Positions 11,375-25,400 of a stretch of 64,000 nt of DNA are shown here, piece by piece. The DNA comes from Camelus ferus (lineage: Eukaryota). Each line of letters begins with the position of its first letter. The stretch's first letter is position 1. The notes under the pieces were generated by a model that saw only the letters and a program-made list of their open reading frames with translations, searched no databases and had not been told where the DNA came from. The DNA lies in assembly GCF_009834535.1 (NCBI RefSeq), contig NC_045696.1, positions 37,326,001 to 37,390,000 on the forward strand, read 5' to 3'. Made by a program: the position numbers and the translations under genes.

Positions 11375-12025
11375 AGAAATTTTACATATGTAATTAAGTT
11401 TCCAAATAAGTTGATTTTAAGATAATAAAAAAGATGATGAGTCTGGGTGGGCCTAACTAAATCAGATAAAAATGCTTATGTACTCAATTCTATTTTTTAA
11501 AAATTTATCTTGTTATGGTCTTAATATGAGATTTATCATCTTAAATGTTCAAGTGTATCATAAATATTATTAACTATAAGCACAGAGTTGTACAGCAGAT
11601 CTCTACAGCTTATTTATTTGGCATACTTAATACATTATGCTTGACTTTTCTTGAAGAGTGATTTTCATTCTGACTTTGAAGAAGTAAGCTGATGTGTTCT
11701 AAGAGGGCCTGTGAGTAAGCCACACTGCAGAGTACTGAGACTTTCAGGAGCTGAGGGTCACTCTCAGATAGCAAGGAAGTGAAGATCTCAGTCCTACAAC
11801 CACAGAAGCTGAATTCTACCAATAGCCAGGTGAGCATGGAAGAGAAATCTAAGCTACAGAAAGGGATACAACCTGATTGCTACCTGGATTACAATCCCCT
11901 CAGACACTTAGCAAAATATATAGTTAAGCTGTGTCAAGACTCCTAACCTAGAAAAACACTGATAGTAAAAACCTGTGTTGCTTTAAGTTGATAAGTTTGT
12001 GATTATTTAGCAATAGAAAATACAA
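11375..12025 (+). mobile_element. MLT1 (MaLR) LTR, MLT1E/F-like, inserted in the old L1
   Basis: ctcagtcctacaaccacagaagctgaattctaccaa...tgtgttgctttaag...gcaatagaaaataca are typical MLT1 motifs. Confidence 0.8.
11495..11645 (-). mobile_element. Short L1MA-type 3' end nested in the MLT1
   Basis: ttattaactataagcacagagttgtacagcagatctct is an antisense L1MA 3'UTR motif. Confidence 0.7.
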
Positions 12026-12836
12026 CAAAATTGAACAATATAGAAAAAAAGATAATAATTAAGACCAAAGGGGTTTATTATAGGAATGCAAGGATGGTTT
12101 AACATTCTAAAATCAATCCACCTAAATAATAGTTACAAGAAAATTACAAATACCTAACACATGCAGGAAAAAAAAAATTGAAAAAATTCAAGATATTTCC
12201 TGATTTTAAAAAATCTCATCAAAACAGAGAAAGGAACTGTGTCAAACAAGAAAAGTCATCTATGAAAAATAATTAGCTCTTTATGCTTAATTTGCAAAAT
12301 ACGGAATGATAGTTTCATGAAATCAGAACCAATACTAGGGTGTCTGATCTTGTCGCTTCTATTTAACACTATACCAAAGTTTCTAGCCAGTGCAATAAGA
12401 AGAAAAATTCTCTAATTTTGAAACAAAATAAGTAAAACTATCATTATTTGCAGATGACATAATTACCTATATAGAAAATCTGAAGGAATTATAAAAGAGC
12501 TACTAAAACTGAAAAATGAATTTAGCAAGTTTGCAGATATAAAACCAATATAGGCAACTTGTTTGTGTTTCTATGTTCTAGCAGAAATAATGGAAAGCTG
12601 AAAGTAAAAATAATATCATTTTCAGTAGAATTGAAAATATTAAATATTTGTTGGTAAGATCTTGCCAAAGGTCACTAGTTCTGCCAAGAACCTCCTCTCT
12701 GTATGATGCTCAGGAAAACCAACTGCTATTTGGTGAGGTGACCACAACATTTTAACAGGACACATATAATCTGTTCCAGTCTCCATAATCAATGCAGTTA
12801 CATCACATATCTGGAATTTTTAAGAAAATGCCTCTT

Positions 12837-14676
12837 GGGAGTGGGGCCAAGATGGTAAAATAGGAAGACCTTGAGCTTACCTCCTCCAATGGGCCCAGCA
12901 AAATTACAACTATTTAAGAGCAACTATCAATGAGAATAACCTGAAGACTAGTAGGAAAGATCTTCTGTAACTAAAGATATAAAGAAGAAACCAAAAGACA
13001 GGTAGGAGGGGAGTCAAGACTAATACCCCTGGGTAAGCAACCAACAAGTCAGAGGACAATTACAATTGTAGAGGTTTTCCCCAAAGAGTGAGGGATGCAA
13101 GCCCCACATCAGGCTCCTCAGTCTGGGGGTCCTGCATCAGGAAGATGAGTCCCCCAGCACATTTGGTTTTGAAAGCTAGCAGGGCATGTATCTGGGAGAG
13201 CCAGAGGGCTGTAGAAAAACTATTTTTAAGGGTGCACCCAAAAACTTGCACACTCTAAGATCCAGGGAAAAAGCAATAGGTTGAAAGGAGCCTGGGTCAG
13301 AACCAACCGAGATCAGACCCATTTGCTGATCTTTAAGAGCCTCCTGGAGAGGCAGGAGACAACTGGGGGACAAAGATACACACAGCAACAATTTTGGAGA
13401 ACTCATTCTACCATGAGGACAGTGGTGCAGGCTAGCCTCCTTTTAGAATTCTCCCTCCAGCTTATTAGCACTGGGACCTGGCTCCACCAGCAAGAAGCTA
13501 AGATAAGACCCCCTGAGCCTCCAGCTGCCTCAGCAAGAAGTCTTGATCACCAGAGGGTCCAAGACCTGGCACAACACACTAGTGAGCAGGCACCAGCTCT
13601 GAGAACACTGGGCCTCACAGCCAGAGATCCCAGGACCTGGCTCTGCCCACCAGTGGTCCAGTACTAGGCTCAGGACTCCACATCACCCACGAGTGGATGA
13701 CCACGAGCCCTGCAACCCTGTGGGCACTTGTCCTGTCCACCAGTGGGCCAAGACCAGCTCTGGGACACCAAGGACTCCACAGCCAGCCTTATCAGGATCT
13801 GGCCCTACCCAACAGCTGCAGGAAATACCCTAGGTGATGGCCCTGCCCACAAGCAGGCCAACATTAGTTCCAAGACCTTGGGCCCAAAGCCAGCTACCCT
13901 AGTGCCCAGCTTTATCCACCAGTGGGCTAGAACTAGCCCTGGGAAACCCAGGGGCTCCACAGCCAGCAAAGCTGTAACCCAGTCCTGCTAACCAGTGGGC
14001 AGGTACCAGGACTGGCACTTTCTGGGCCTTGCAGCCCGCTATGTCATAACCTAGCCCTGACCACCAGTGGCTGGAAGGATCCAAAATAGGCAGGACCTGG
14101 CAACCAACTGTACAAGTGCCAGCTATACCTACCAGCATACCTAGAGAAGTAACCTGCCACAACAGAAGGGTTCACACAGCCCACATAAAGGGCAGACCTA
14201 GAGCATATAGCTCTGATGACTAAAGGGGAATTTGTTGCTGGGCCCACAGAATACCTTCTACATGTGGTTACTTCTCTGATATAGGGAAATGCAATCAATC
14301 TACCAAATATGAATATATTTGAAGACATAACAGCTGAAAACTTCCATAACCTAGGAAAGAAAATAGGCATCCAGGTCCAGGAATCACAGAGAGTCCCAAA
14401 CAAGATGAATCCAAGGGGATCAGAACATGACACATTGTAATTAAAATTGCAAAAATTAAACATAGAGAATATTAAAACCAGGAAGGGAAACACAAGTTAA
14501 ATACAAAGAAATTCCTATAAGGATATCAATTGACTTTTCATCAGAAACTGTTCAGGCCAGGAGGGACTGGCATGATACGTATTTAAAGTGATGAAAGGAA
14601 AAAAAAAAACATCTACTATCAAGAATACTCTACCTGGCAAGGCTATCATTCAAATTTGAAGGAGAGACCAAGAGTT

Positions 14677-14727
<51 letters not shown>

Positions 14728-15580
14728 CAGAATGGAATAATCCTCAGCCATAAAGCAAGAATGAAATCTTGTCATTTGAGACATAATACCCAAAGGGTAT
14801 TATGCTAAGTGCAATAAGTCAGACATAGTAAGACAAATGCTGTATGATTTCACTTATATGTGGTAATCTAAAAAACAAAACAAATGAACAAACATAATAG
14901 AAAAGAAACTGAGTCATAGATGCAGAGAACAAACAGGCAGTTGCCCAAAGGAAGGCTGGGGGAAGGGACAATAAATGAGGGAGATTAAGAGGTACAAACC
15001 TCCCACTACAAAATAAATAAGTCAAAGGTATAAAATATACAGTGCAGGGAATGTAGTCAATAATTTTGTAATATCTTTGTATAGTGACAAATGGTACCTA
15101 GACTATCATGGTGATCATTTTGAAATATACAGAAATATTGAATTACTACATGGTGTACTATGAACTAACATAGTGTTGTAGGTCAATTCTTCAAAAACCA
15201 ACAAACTTACAGAAAAAGAGACCAGATTTGCAATTACCAGAGGTGAGGGGATGGGTTGGAAGGGGAATTTGTTGAAAGTATGCAAAAGGTAAAAGTTTCC
15301 ACTTATAAGATAAATAAGTACTAGAGGTGTGATGTACAACATAAGAAATATAATTAATTAACACTGCTGGATATTATATATGAAAACCGTTAAAACAGTA
15401 AATCCTAAGAATTCTCATGATGAAAAAATGTTATTAATTCTATAATTTTGTATCTATATGAGATGATGCATATTCACTAAACTTATTGTGATAATCATTT
15501 CATGTATGTAAGTCAAATCAGAATGCTGTATACTATATATAGTGCTATATGTCAATTATGTCTCAATAAAACTAGAGAAA
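12837..15580 (+). mobile_element. Internally deleted L1: long 5'UTR, partial ORF1, (CT)n(CA)n, ORF2 tail end + 3'UTR; EN and RT absent
   Basis: 5' gggagtggggccaagatgg; repeated ccaccagtgggc units; ORF1 middle/C-terminal sequence ~14310-14676; microsatellite 14677-14729; 3' end aatggaata...tgtcaattatgtctcaataaaact. Confidence 0.88.
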
Positions 15581-15609
15581 ATGGGAAATATAAAAAATTT
15601 TAAAAAGAA

Positions 15610-16195
15610 TGATCTATATATTAAAGAAATCAATACTAAATAATTAATATCCTTCTGAAAGAAAAACTTGAGGCCAAAGGATTTTACTATTAAATTTGAC
15701 CAAATATTTAGGGAAGAATGATATGATTCTTTACGATCTCTTCCAGAAAACAGAAGGAGAGGGAACATTTTCTCACTAATTTTGAGTCTAGCATTCCTAT
15801 CATACCAAAAAAAAACCAAAAAACAAAAAACCAAAAAACTGGTGAAGTATTACAGAAAAGGAAAACTAAGACAACTCTTTCTAGATGAACATAGGTATAA
15901 GAAAACCAAACCAAAAATTAGCAAAATTGAATTCAGGAATGTATAAACTAAATATACAACATTACCAAGTGGGATTTAACCCAAGTATGGAAGGACTGTG
16001 GAAGGCTGGTCTGTCATTAGAAAATCAATTAATGTGACTCAACAAAGCCACAGGCTAAAGAAAAAAAAAATCATATAATTATAAAATTTGATACAGGAGC
16101 ATCTGACAAAATCCAACATCCAAAAAAAAAATCATATAATTATAAAATTTGATACAGGAGCATCTGACAAAATCCAATCATCCATTTATGATTAA
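15610..16195 (+). mobile_element. L1 ORF2 (RT N-terminal) fragment
   Basis: ctcttccagaaaacagaaggagagggaac...cataccaaaa...accaagtgggattta...gcatctgacaaaatccaacatcc (AFDKIQHP-like). Confidence 0.85.
16061..16183 (+). repeat. Near-perfect 61-bp tandem duplication
   Basis: aaaaaaaaaatcatataattataaaatttgatacaggagcatctgacaaaatccaa(t)catcc x2 (16061-16121; 16122-16183). Confidence 0.95.
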
Positions 16196-19100
16196 ATGTA
16201 TCAGCTCCTTTTCTCCAGAAAAAAGAACCTATGTTCAAACTCAACTAATCAAAATAATGGTAAAACCCTTTATACCCAATCACAATGTAGTACCAGATAA
16301 TTAGAATCTAGTTGTGCATATCCCAAGAAAGCTCTCTAAAGAGAAAGAACAAAGCTTAGAGCTTGTTGCTGAACTTTGTAATCAAGTTGCAAAAGCATTT
16401 TCATATTTCCTCTGAAAGATTTAGAAAAAAAGGGAGAGGCTCATGTTCTGAAGCATATACATATGGTCTTCCCAGTGGAGCACTGATCTAGTAATGGTTC
16501 TTTGCAGGGCGGTAAGGTGAAAGATATCCCAAACATTCTGCCTCAGAGATCCAATCTGCATCAAGTGACACTCTGCAAGTCTGCCCAAACTCGCAATTTG
16601 ACATATTTTCTTTTTTTTTTTTCCTGGAAAACAAATGTTCCAATAAGTCTTTGTAAGTAAAGACTCTGTCTACTCAATATTCCATCCCAAGCACTAAGAA
16701 CAATGCCTGAAACTCATTAAGATCTCAATAAATAAAATTGTTCAGACTTCTACTTCTGGTTACTATGTAGAATAATTTAACAATAAATAATTTGGATATA
16801 CTATAAAAATCACAGATTTTTAAACTCATCAGAGAGTTGGGGATGGAACAAAACCTAAATAAAATTAAATCCTCAACAAAGTATGTGACTACTTTCAAAT
16901 CTGGAAGAATGGAAGGAAGAGAAGAGGAATCCATCAATGACAAAAGAAAGTATTTGAATTTTTACATTACGTACAAATTATATATACATGTACTGGCCAT
17001 GTGAGGGCTTGCCTGCAGATTAGAATCCTGAAAAGCCACAGGCACAAAATTAGTTTATACCAACTCATGAATTCTTTCCCAAGAAATCTCACTGAGTACA
17101 CAAAGGGGAAAAAAACATCTGAGGAATTTTGGACCTATGTGTAGTTATGTAGATGGGGAGGAGAAGAGCTGAGAAGAAACACTATGAGGCACTTCAATTA
17201 CTTATTATTTAATTACTGTATTTCTGGACCTTCTAAAATATGGGGTGGGAAGAAGAGATCAGAAACCTCCTTCCAACCAATCTAGCTTTTACCAAGTTCG
17301 AGGAAGGCAATTACGGTGTGAAGTAAGGCAGGAAAGCTGAGAAAACTTACATGTTACCACAGTCCTTCACCTAGCGATGTTGTGCTCTAATGACTAGGCA
17401 CAGAACAGCAAAAATAAATCATTTGAGATGTCAAGAATCAAGGACAGGACAAAAGAACAAAGAGAATAGCCCAGTGACTCAGAGTTGCTATGAAGAGCAA
17501 GATGATCCACAATTTTAAAAGCTTGTGGTTTAACTAAAAGAAGTATAAAAGAACCTCTGGAATCTAACCTCTATTCAAATTTTAATCCTGTCATCTTATC
17601 TTCAGATAGTTGATTCAAGAAAAATGTTTCCTTTAATAGCACTGAAAGCTTATTTTATCAGGGTTATGTTGGCTTCGTAGAATGAGTAGGAAAATATATC
17701 CTGGCTAAAGTTTTGATTTTTTCACACCAAAATATTTAAAGTCAATGGTGAATTCTAAGAAAATAGCAGTAAAGATTAGACCTAACTCTACTACATATTT
17801 AAATGAACTAATTGACCCTCATTACTGGCTCAGCATTAAAAGAGATTAGCTTTTTTGTCTTTGGATAACTGCTGTAAACAGTGTTAAACTGATTTATCTT
17901 CCTTTATGTCTCTAAAGAACAAAGAGAAATATTCTACTAAGGACAAAGAAATGCTGTATTTATAAATGTTATATTTGTACTCTGTATCTCTTAACAAAAC
18001 TGAGATTTTAATTCACTACTCATTTTTGATTTTTTATTTGTAATAATTTATCCTATAAATATTTTTAATTAATATTACTTAATTGTGAAGTGTCTATTTG
18101 ATTATGTTTTTTTAATTTGTGATAGAATATATTTTTCTCCCTTTCTATATGATAGTTTTTAATGACTATATGGCATTATGTTTTAAGAAAACACATAGTT
18201 TATTCATTCCCCTATCAATGGACATTAAACAGTATATCATTCTCTAATCAGCCATTCAAAATTTCTTGTGCACTACTTGTACACTTGAATTTATTTGGAG
18301 TTCTGTTCCCTCATATGAATCTATGTCCTTGAAAATTACAGTCTCATTTTGTTTTACTAATGGTAGATTTATAGAACATTTACTACCTGTTAAGTCAAAT
18401 CTCCACCTTTAATTTTTTTCATGAATATCTGTCATATATATTATTCAGATAATCTTCAGAATTAAATTGTCAAATTCCAAAAATAAAATGTATTTAGTTG
18501 GGCTTACACTCATTTTTATATACATTGTTGTAAAGTACAAATATTTTAAATTATATTTTTCTGTCATGTTAGAGTTAACAATTCTCTTCTGTTATCTATA
18601 TATTAAGTATAATTCTCTCAATATACATAATATCCCATTATGCTTATTGATGAATTTGTCTGCCTCTCTAGTAGAATACATGTAGGTTTACAATGAAGGC
18701 TTTATTCATATTTATTTAGTAATTTCAGAAATGGCTCAATACTTGGAATATTACAAGTTCTCAAAAACTGGTTTTAAGCATAAATTAATGTGTAAATAAA
18801 TAAAATACTTTTTCATATTAAAATTTCCCTGAGTAAATTAAGTCATGACAAGGATTATATTATAAATTTATGAATAGCTTAATATAGCTTGTGGTGAGTA
18901 AAATATCTTTTATAATTTATATACATATTTAAAGTCATTTAATTTAATATCAGTATCATTAAGAAATAAAATTTGCAAGGGCATTTCCAGCAGAAATACC
19001 CTCCAATCAGTTTTAGATATTAGTTACTAATTAACAATCATAATTAACTTTTCACAAAAACATATAATTTTTCATATTATTCAAATTGAGGTCAAGTTTT

Positions 19101-21429
19101 AATGATCATATCACAGGAGGTTTCTTGGTTTTCTAAAGCAAAACAGTCTTCTCTATAAAACAGAATAATAGTCTTAAATTTTTTTATGAATGTTGATGAA
19201 ATAAAAATGAACCAATAGTAATTTAAAATAAGAGATATAATCAATATTTCACAGAAAGGAATATCATGGGAATTATAATAAACTTTTTAGTCACATGTCA
19301 AAATAAATTCCATATTTTAGTTCAAATAATTTCCACACACAATAAATAAAAGTTATACTTTGCCTGATATTTTAAAGCTTAATATATTGGTTTGTATGTC
19401 TAAGGGATTTTCATATATTCTGAGTATATTCCTTTTTCACTGAAAAAGATGAACTGCATTTTGAACTGTAGAATTTTAGATTAGAAAGACTCTTTGGATA
19501 GAATATATACATTCTCTCTCATTTTAAAATGAATGAACTGGTAAGTAAGTAATCTAGCAAAGTTTACCAGACCAGTGGGATGGGGCTTTGACTAGAACAA
19601 TGATTTTATGATAAGTCTTTTTCGCTCAGCCCAGTTGCCACTTTCAGTTCAAACACTGGAAATGTTTAAATTATTTCTATACTCTAAATAGTTTGAGGTA
19701 ATGAATGATTTTAAGTTAGATACAAAATAATTTTAAATAATTTATATATTAAATAATGGCAATGTAAATGTCAAAAGTATTTCCTTTAGGTGAAATATTC
19801 TAAATTACTCTTCAAGTGTAGAATAAATATTTCCCTTTAGGGTTGCTTTTGCCCACATTTTCCCTTGTATTTATGATTTTAAACATTCATAGATTTCTGT
19901 TAACTTATACATTCTGTTATATTTGCAAGTGAAAAAAAATAAAAGGGAGGTAATTCTCTATAGTGAGACTGATTTTACTTCTCTGAGTATATGAGTGTAT
20001 ACAAATTATTGTTTATAGGCATCAATCTTTTAAACAAAACTAGATTATGGAATTCTTGAGGATTAAAGTATCTTTCACTTCAGTGAAATAAGCATTTCTT
20101 ACATCCAATATTAACTAGATTTAATTTTACACTTGTTTTTCTCATCATCCAGGAAAATCATAAGCATGTTTGTAAAATATGCATGAGATGAATATGCTAA
20201 ATTTCCCCAATAACTAAAACTTACTTATAAAAATCAGCATATGGCAATTAAATTTCTTCTAACTACAATGGATTTCAAAGGATCTTTTTTTCATAAGGTT
20301 GAAAAGGATATAAACTTCCAATGACAAACATTTAAAAAATAGCTGTCTTCCTCATTTACTGCCCTCCTGTTGTTCCTAGATAATACTGAATAATACTGTC
20401 TAATTAAAACCAAGCTGGGAAAAGACTGATTTTTTTAAAGACCTAGTAATTTTGTATCATGTTCTAGGCTAAGCAAATTGTTGGCAATTTTAAAGGGAAT
20501 CTGGGTTGCTTAAAATTTAAAACACTGTCTAAAAAAAATATGTACACATATTTATGCAGAAGATAGAACAGATTTTTTATTATATACTCCATTGCATTTC
20601 AAGATTTGAACAATAATTGAGGAATTATTTTTATTCTAACCTACTCATGTTCATTTCCAGAGAAATTTCAGTCTTCACATGGAATCTTAAAATTAAAATG
20701 TTATTCTAGATTTTATTTAATGTATAATTTTGGAATAATTGACATACTCTAATAAAATAATTTGAAATTTAATTTTAGGCAATTAACTACACAAAATTGC
20801 GTATGTTTACTGCTGCTTGTACTTATTTTTGTAACTTATGCTTTCAAACAAAATTTGTAGATGATAAACTCCATATGAAAAGTTAACTATACAGCTGTTA
20901 GCAACTCAATTTTAAAAATCATAAAACATTTTAATTTAGTTATCTCACAATATAATTTCATGTTATTTTATAAAAGATGAAAATATTTTAAAAATTGACT
21001 AAAACTTTATTTTAAATAGTACTAAATCCTTTTCTTTACTTTTGAAAATATTGACTGTTGTCAAAAATATTAACATTTATCTGTATATACACATACACAC
21101 ACACACAAATTGGGCAGAATTCAAAAGGACAATTATAAACAGTTCAAACTTACTAACTTATTTATCTAACCCCTTAACATCTGGTATGCTGATCTCAACT
21201 TTATCACTGTGACTCCTTTACTAAAGTATGTTTGGTGTTGTTTAGTTGATAATTAGTATAACCTATCAATATTAATATAGCTACAATTTAGTATGGTTTA
21301 AAAAATAATTGTTTAGTGGACAGGGCAATCCTAGCAATGTACTGATATTATCTTGTTTAAATTTGAAAAACTAAAATATTTGAATATCAATTAATTAAAA
21401 CTAATGTCACTTTCTTATACTTTCCATGG

Positions 21430-22430
21430 TCAATGTCATCAGGTTATTGAAAGCTATTTGAGATATGAGTTTAGATTCCAGTAAGGCCAAGGCACAGTTC
21501 ACATGACAGAGTAAACACAGAGAAAGTATCTGTGATCTACAAAAGGTCTAAGCAATGTTCAGCCGATTACTGAACAATGCATATGTGTGAAAAAGCTATC
21601 CGAGGCTGGGGATATAACCACCAAAAAAGCTTAGAGATAATAGTTACCAGAACTCACACACATATCTATGCCCGTCAGCTAGAATTAAAATGTCATGATT
21701 CATAAGGCATTGCTGAATATATAAGCTTCCTGCCTTGGTATTCAGGAATAATTAGCCTTAAACTGAGTATGTGTCCAAACGCACACAATATATCTTAAAA
21801 GAAGGATCTGAAAGGTTCATACTATTTCTAAATAACTTAACTGCCTCTTAGAACAAAGATTTAAGTTTCTATAGAATTATAAAAATATCCAACAATTAAT
21901 AATTAAGCTCATAATGTCTAACATTTAATCCACAATTACCAAAAAGGCACAGAAGTAAGAAATACAATCCCTATTGAGGAGGAAATTAAAAAGAAACACA
22001 ATCAAATTTAACCCAGAACATTTACAAATAGTAGAAATAACAGATAAACACATTAAAAGAGTTATAAACACATAAAAAGAGTATCTACTGCATGTTTTCA
22101 AAAAGTTAATATAAACATGGTGTTTATGGACTGAATTGTTTTTTGGAGATAAGATGTACTTGGGCACAGTACACAAGAAAAGACCATACGAAGACACAGT
22201 GAGAAGGCAGCTGGCAGCTGTTGCAAGTCAAGGAGGGAAACCTCAAGAGAAATTAAATGGGCGGACACCTAGATCTTGAATTTTAAGCCTCCAGAACTGT
22301 AAGAATATAAAATTCTGATGTTTAAGCCACCCAGACTGTGATATTTTGTTATGGCAGCCCAAGCAAACTAATACACATGAGGTTAAAAAAAAAAATCAAA
22401 GTCCTAGAGATGAAAACTATATTACACAAA
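21430..22430 (+). mobile_element. Old L1M (L1MC/MD-like) 5'UTR/ORF1-start fragment
   Basis: Similar to 8100-8600 of this window (ataattagccttaaactgag vs ataataagccctagactgag; tcttaaaagaagga vs tcttaaaagcaaga). Confidence 0.7.
22121..22375 (+). mobile_element. MLT1A/B-like MaLR solo LTR, internally shortened
   Basis: TG...CA ends; agcctccagaactgtaag...tttaagccaccca...tttgttatggcagcccaagcaaactaataca; 5-bp TSD catgg/catga. Confidence 0.9.
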
Positions 22431-25400
22431 TAAAACACTTGAGGGAGTGGACAAGATGAAAGAGGAGAAAGATGTTGAGTTCACTTCTTCCTATTGGCAC
22501 AAATATTGAGAAAGACAAGAAGACTAATAGAAAAAAATTTTTTCTACAACTAAAGATATAAAGAAGGAACTACAATGATATGGGTAAGAGGGTCAGGTGA
22601 AAATGTGGTAAAATGAAGACCCGTATCCCCAGGCAGGTGACACACCAACAGCAGGACACTTACAACTCCACAGGTTCTTCCCAGGGAGTGAGGACCCTGA
22701 GCCCCACATCAGGCTTCCCAGCCTGAGCGTCCTCCCCTGCGAAGACGAGCCTCCAGAATATTTGATTTTGAAGGTCAGTGAGGCTTACTTTTGGGAAATC
22801 CAGAGGGCTATGAGAATTACAGACTCCTCTCTTAAATGGTGCACACAAAATCTCACACGTTTGGGGGACAAGTACCTGTTGATCTTGGACAGCCTCCCGG
22901 AGAGGCAGGAGGCAACTGCAGCTCACCCTGAGGACACTGACACTGGTGGCAGACAGTCTGGGGAGCTCATTCTACCACAAGGATGCTGGTCCTGGCAAGT
23001 GCCATTGTAGAATCCTCCTTCTAGCTTATCAGCACCAGGATGTGGCCCTGCACACCAGCACGTGAGCATTAGTACTGGGACATCTCAGGCCAAGCAACCA
23101 GCCTGGCAGAGAAAGAGCCCCACTCACAAGCAGGACTGCTGCCTTAAGACCACTAAGCACAAAGCCACCCCAAGACCTGGCCTGGTATACCAAAGGGATA
23201 AGGGTCAAGCCCCATACATCAGTGGGCCAGCACTCTCCTAGGAACCAGTATTACCCAAAAGTGGACAGGCACCAGGCTAGGACTCCCTGGGCCCTAACCC
23301 TACCCACCAGCCAATGACACATAGTTGAGGACCCCCAAGGTGCTGCAACCAGAAACCCTGGGACCTGGATCCACATACCAGTGGGCTGGCACAAGCCCCT
23401 GGACAAGACTTATCCACAAGTGGGCAACCAGTAGCCTTAGAACACCATGGGTCCCCACTCCACTCATCAGCAAGCCTTCACACCACCTGGGGGTGAGCCC
23501 CAAGGCCCACCAATGAGCCGACACTAGTTCTGGGATCCTGTGCCTCAGCCTCAGACAATAGCAATTCAAGACTAGGTCTAATGTGTTCTAGTAAACAAGT
23601 GGGCAACCACCAGCCCCAAGGTCCAATGGACACTACCCCCACCCACAAGCAGGTGGACAGTAGCCCCAGGATGACCACAGCCCTGCATCTTACTATGTTA
23701 GGACCCAGACCACTCACCAGCAGGCTGGAACCAACCCCAGCACTGCTTGGGGTCAAGCTCTGCAGGCCAGCACCAGCTCTGGAACACCTTGTATTCCCTG
23801 TTGGGGGATATGATCCCACAGACCAGCAGGCCAACACATGGCCCAGGACCCCCTAGATGACACAGCCAGCAGTGTCAAGAATCTATCCCATTGACCAACA
23901 GGCTGACACTAGATCCAGAAATCCCCACCCTGCAAGCACCCACCCCAGAACCTGGCTCAGTCCACCAGTGGGCCAGAACTAGCCCTGTGGCCCTTAAGGC
24001 TCTGTAGCCAGCCACTCTGTGAGCCAGTCCCACCCACCAACAGCCAGAAGCCTCTGCATGAGGCAGGGCAAGGTAGCCAGCTGGACTTGGGCCATCTACA
24101 TCTACCAGACCACCCACAGTAGCCAACACACCATAAAGAAAGATCCACAAAACCCACACAGAGGGAACCACTAGATGATCTCTCACCAGAGATGAATGAG
24201 CTACAGGGATGCACAGGACAACGCCTACAAAAGGCCACTTCTTCAAAGTAAGGAAATGTAACCAATTTACAAATACATAGAAATAAAAACAGCAAATAAG
24301 GCAAAATAGACGAATATGTTCCAAATGAATAAACAAGATAAAACCCCAGAAATGAAGTGGAGATAAGCAATCTACACGATAAAGTTCAAGGTAATAAAGA
24401 TGTTCAAAGAATATGGGAGAAGACTGGATGAACACAGTGAAAAGTTACTAGTTTTTAACAAAGAGTTAGTTAAATAAAGAAGAAGCAGAGATGAAGAATA
24501 CAATAACTGAAATAAAAAAAATACACTAGAAAGAATAAACATTAGATTAGATGATACAGAGAAACAGATTAGTCAGTAAGAAGTAGTAGAAATCACTGAA
24601 GCTGAACAGGAAAAATAAAAAGAAATGAGTACAGTTTAAGAGAACTCTGGGACAACATTAAGCGCATGTAACATTCACATTACAGGGGTCCCAGAAAGAG
24701 AAGAGAGAGAGGGCCAGAGAACATATTTGAAGACATACTAGCTGAAAAGTTTCCTGAACTGGAATGAAAACTGACATCTATGTCCAAGAAGTACAGAGTT
24801 CAAAATAAGATTGACACCAAAAGAATCAAACCACGACATAGTGTAAATAAATTGGGAAAAATTATAGATAAAGAGAGGATACTGAAAGCAACAAGGGAAA
24901 AGCAAAAAGTCATATCCAAGAGAACACCCCTAAGGCTATAAGCGGACTTTTCAGAAGAAACTCTACAGGGCAAAAGTGAGTGGCATGATATATTTAAAGT
25001 GATAAAAAGGAAAAACCTACAACCAGGAATACTTTATATGGCAAGGCTCTCATTCATATTTGATGGAGATATCAAAAGCTTTAGAGATAAGTAATAACTG
25101 AAAAAGTTCAGCAACACAAAAACCAACTTTAAAAGAAATGTTAAAGGGACTTCTCTAAGTGAAAAAGAAAAAGACACAAATATAAACATAAAAATTATAA
25201 AAGAAAAATCTCATTGGCTAAGGCAAATATACAGTAAAAGTAGTAAATCAAACAAATACAAAGATATTAGGAAGGTTAAAAGACAAAAGTATTAAAATCA
25301 TTTATAGTCACAATAAGTAGTCAAGGCATACACACACAGAAAAGGTAAAATATGGTGTAAAAAAACAATGAATGTGAAGGGAAAATAAAAATACGAGATT

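Larger units (their letters stand above)
7830..12650 (+). mobile_element. Old L1M (L1MC/L1MD-like): 5'UTR, ORF1, ORF2 endonuclease and RT remnants
   Basis: ORF1-like ILNAAKISFK (ORF 9201-9584); EN motifs near 9930-10500 (tgccagcaagaaacacacttc); RT YADD-equivalent tttgcagatgacataatt at ~12447; many stops. Confidence 0.85.

Noticed and set aside
23300..24435. ORFs up to 186 aa on both strands
   Set aside because: They derive from the L1 5'UTR repeat array and antisense ORF1.
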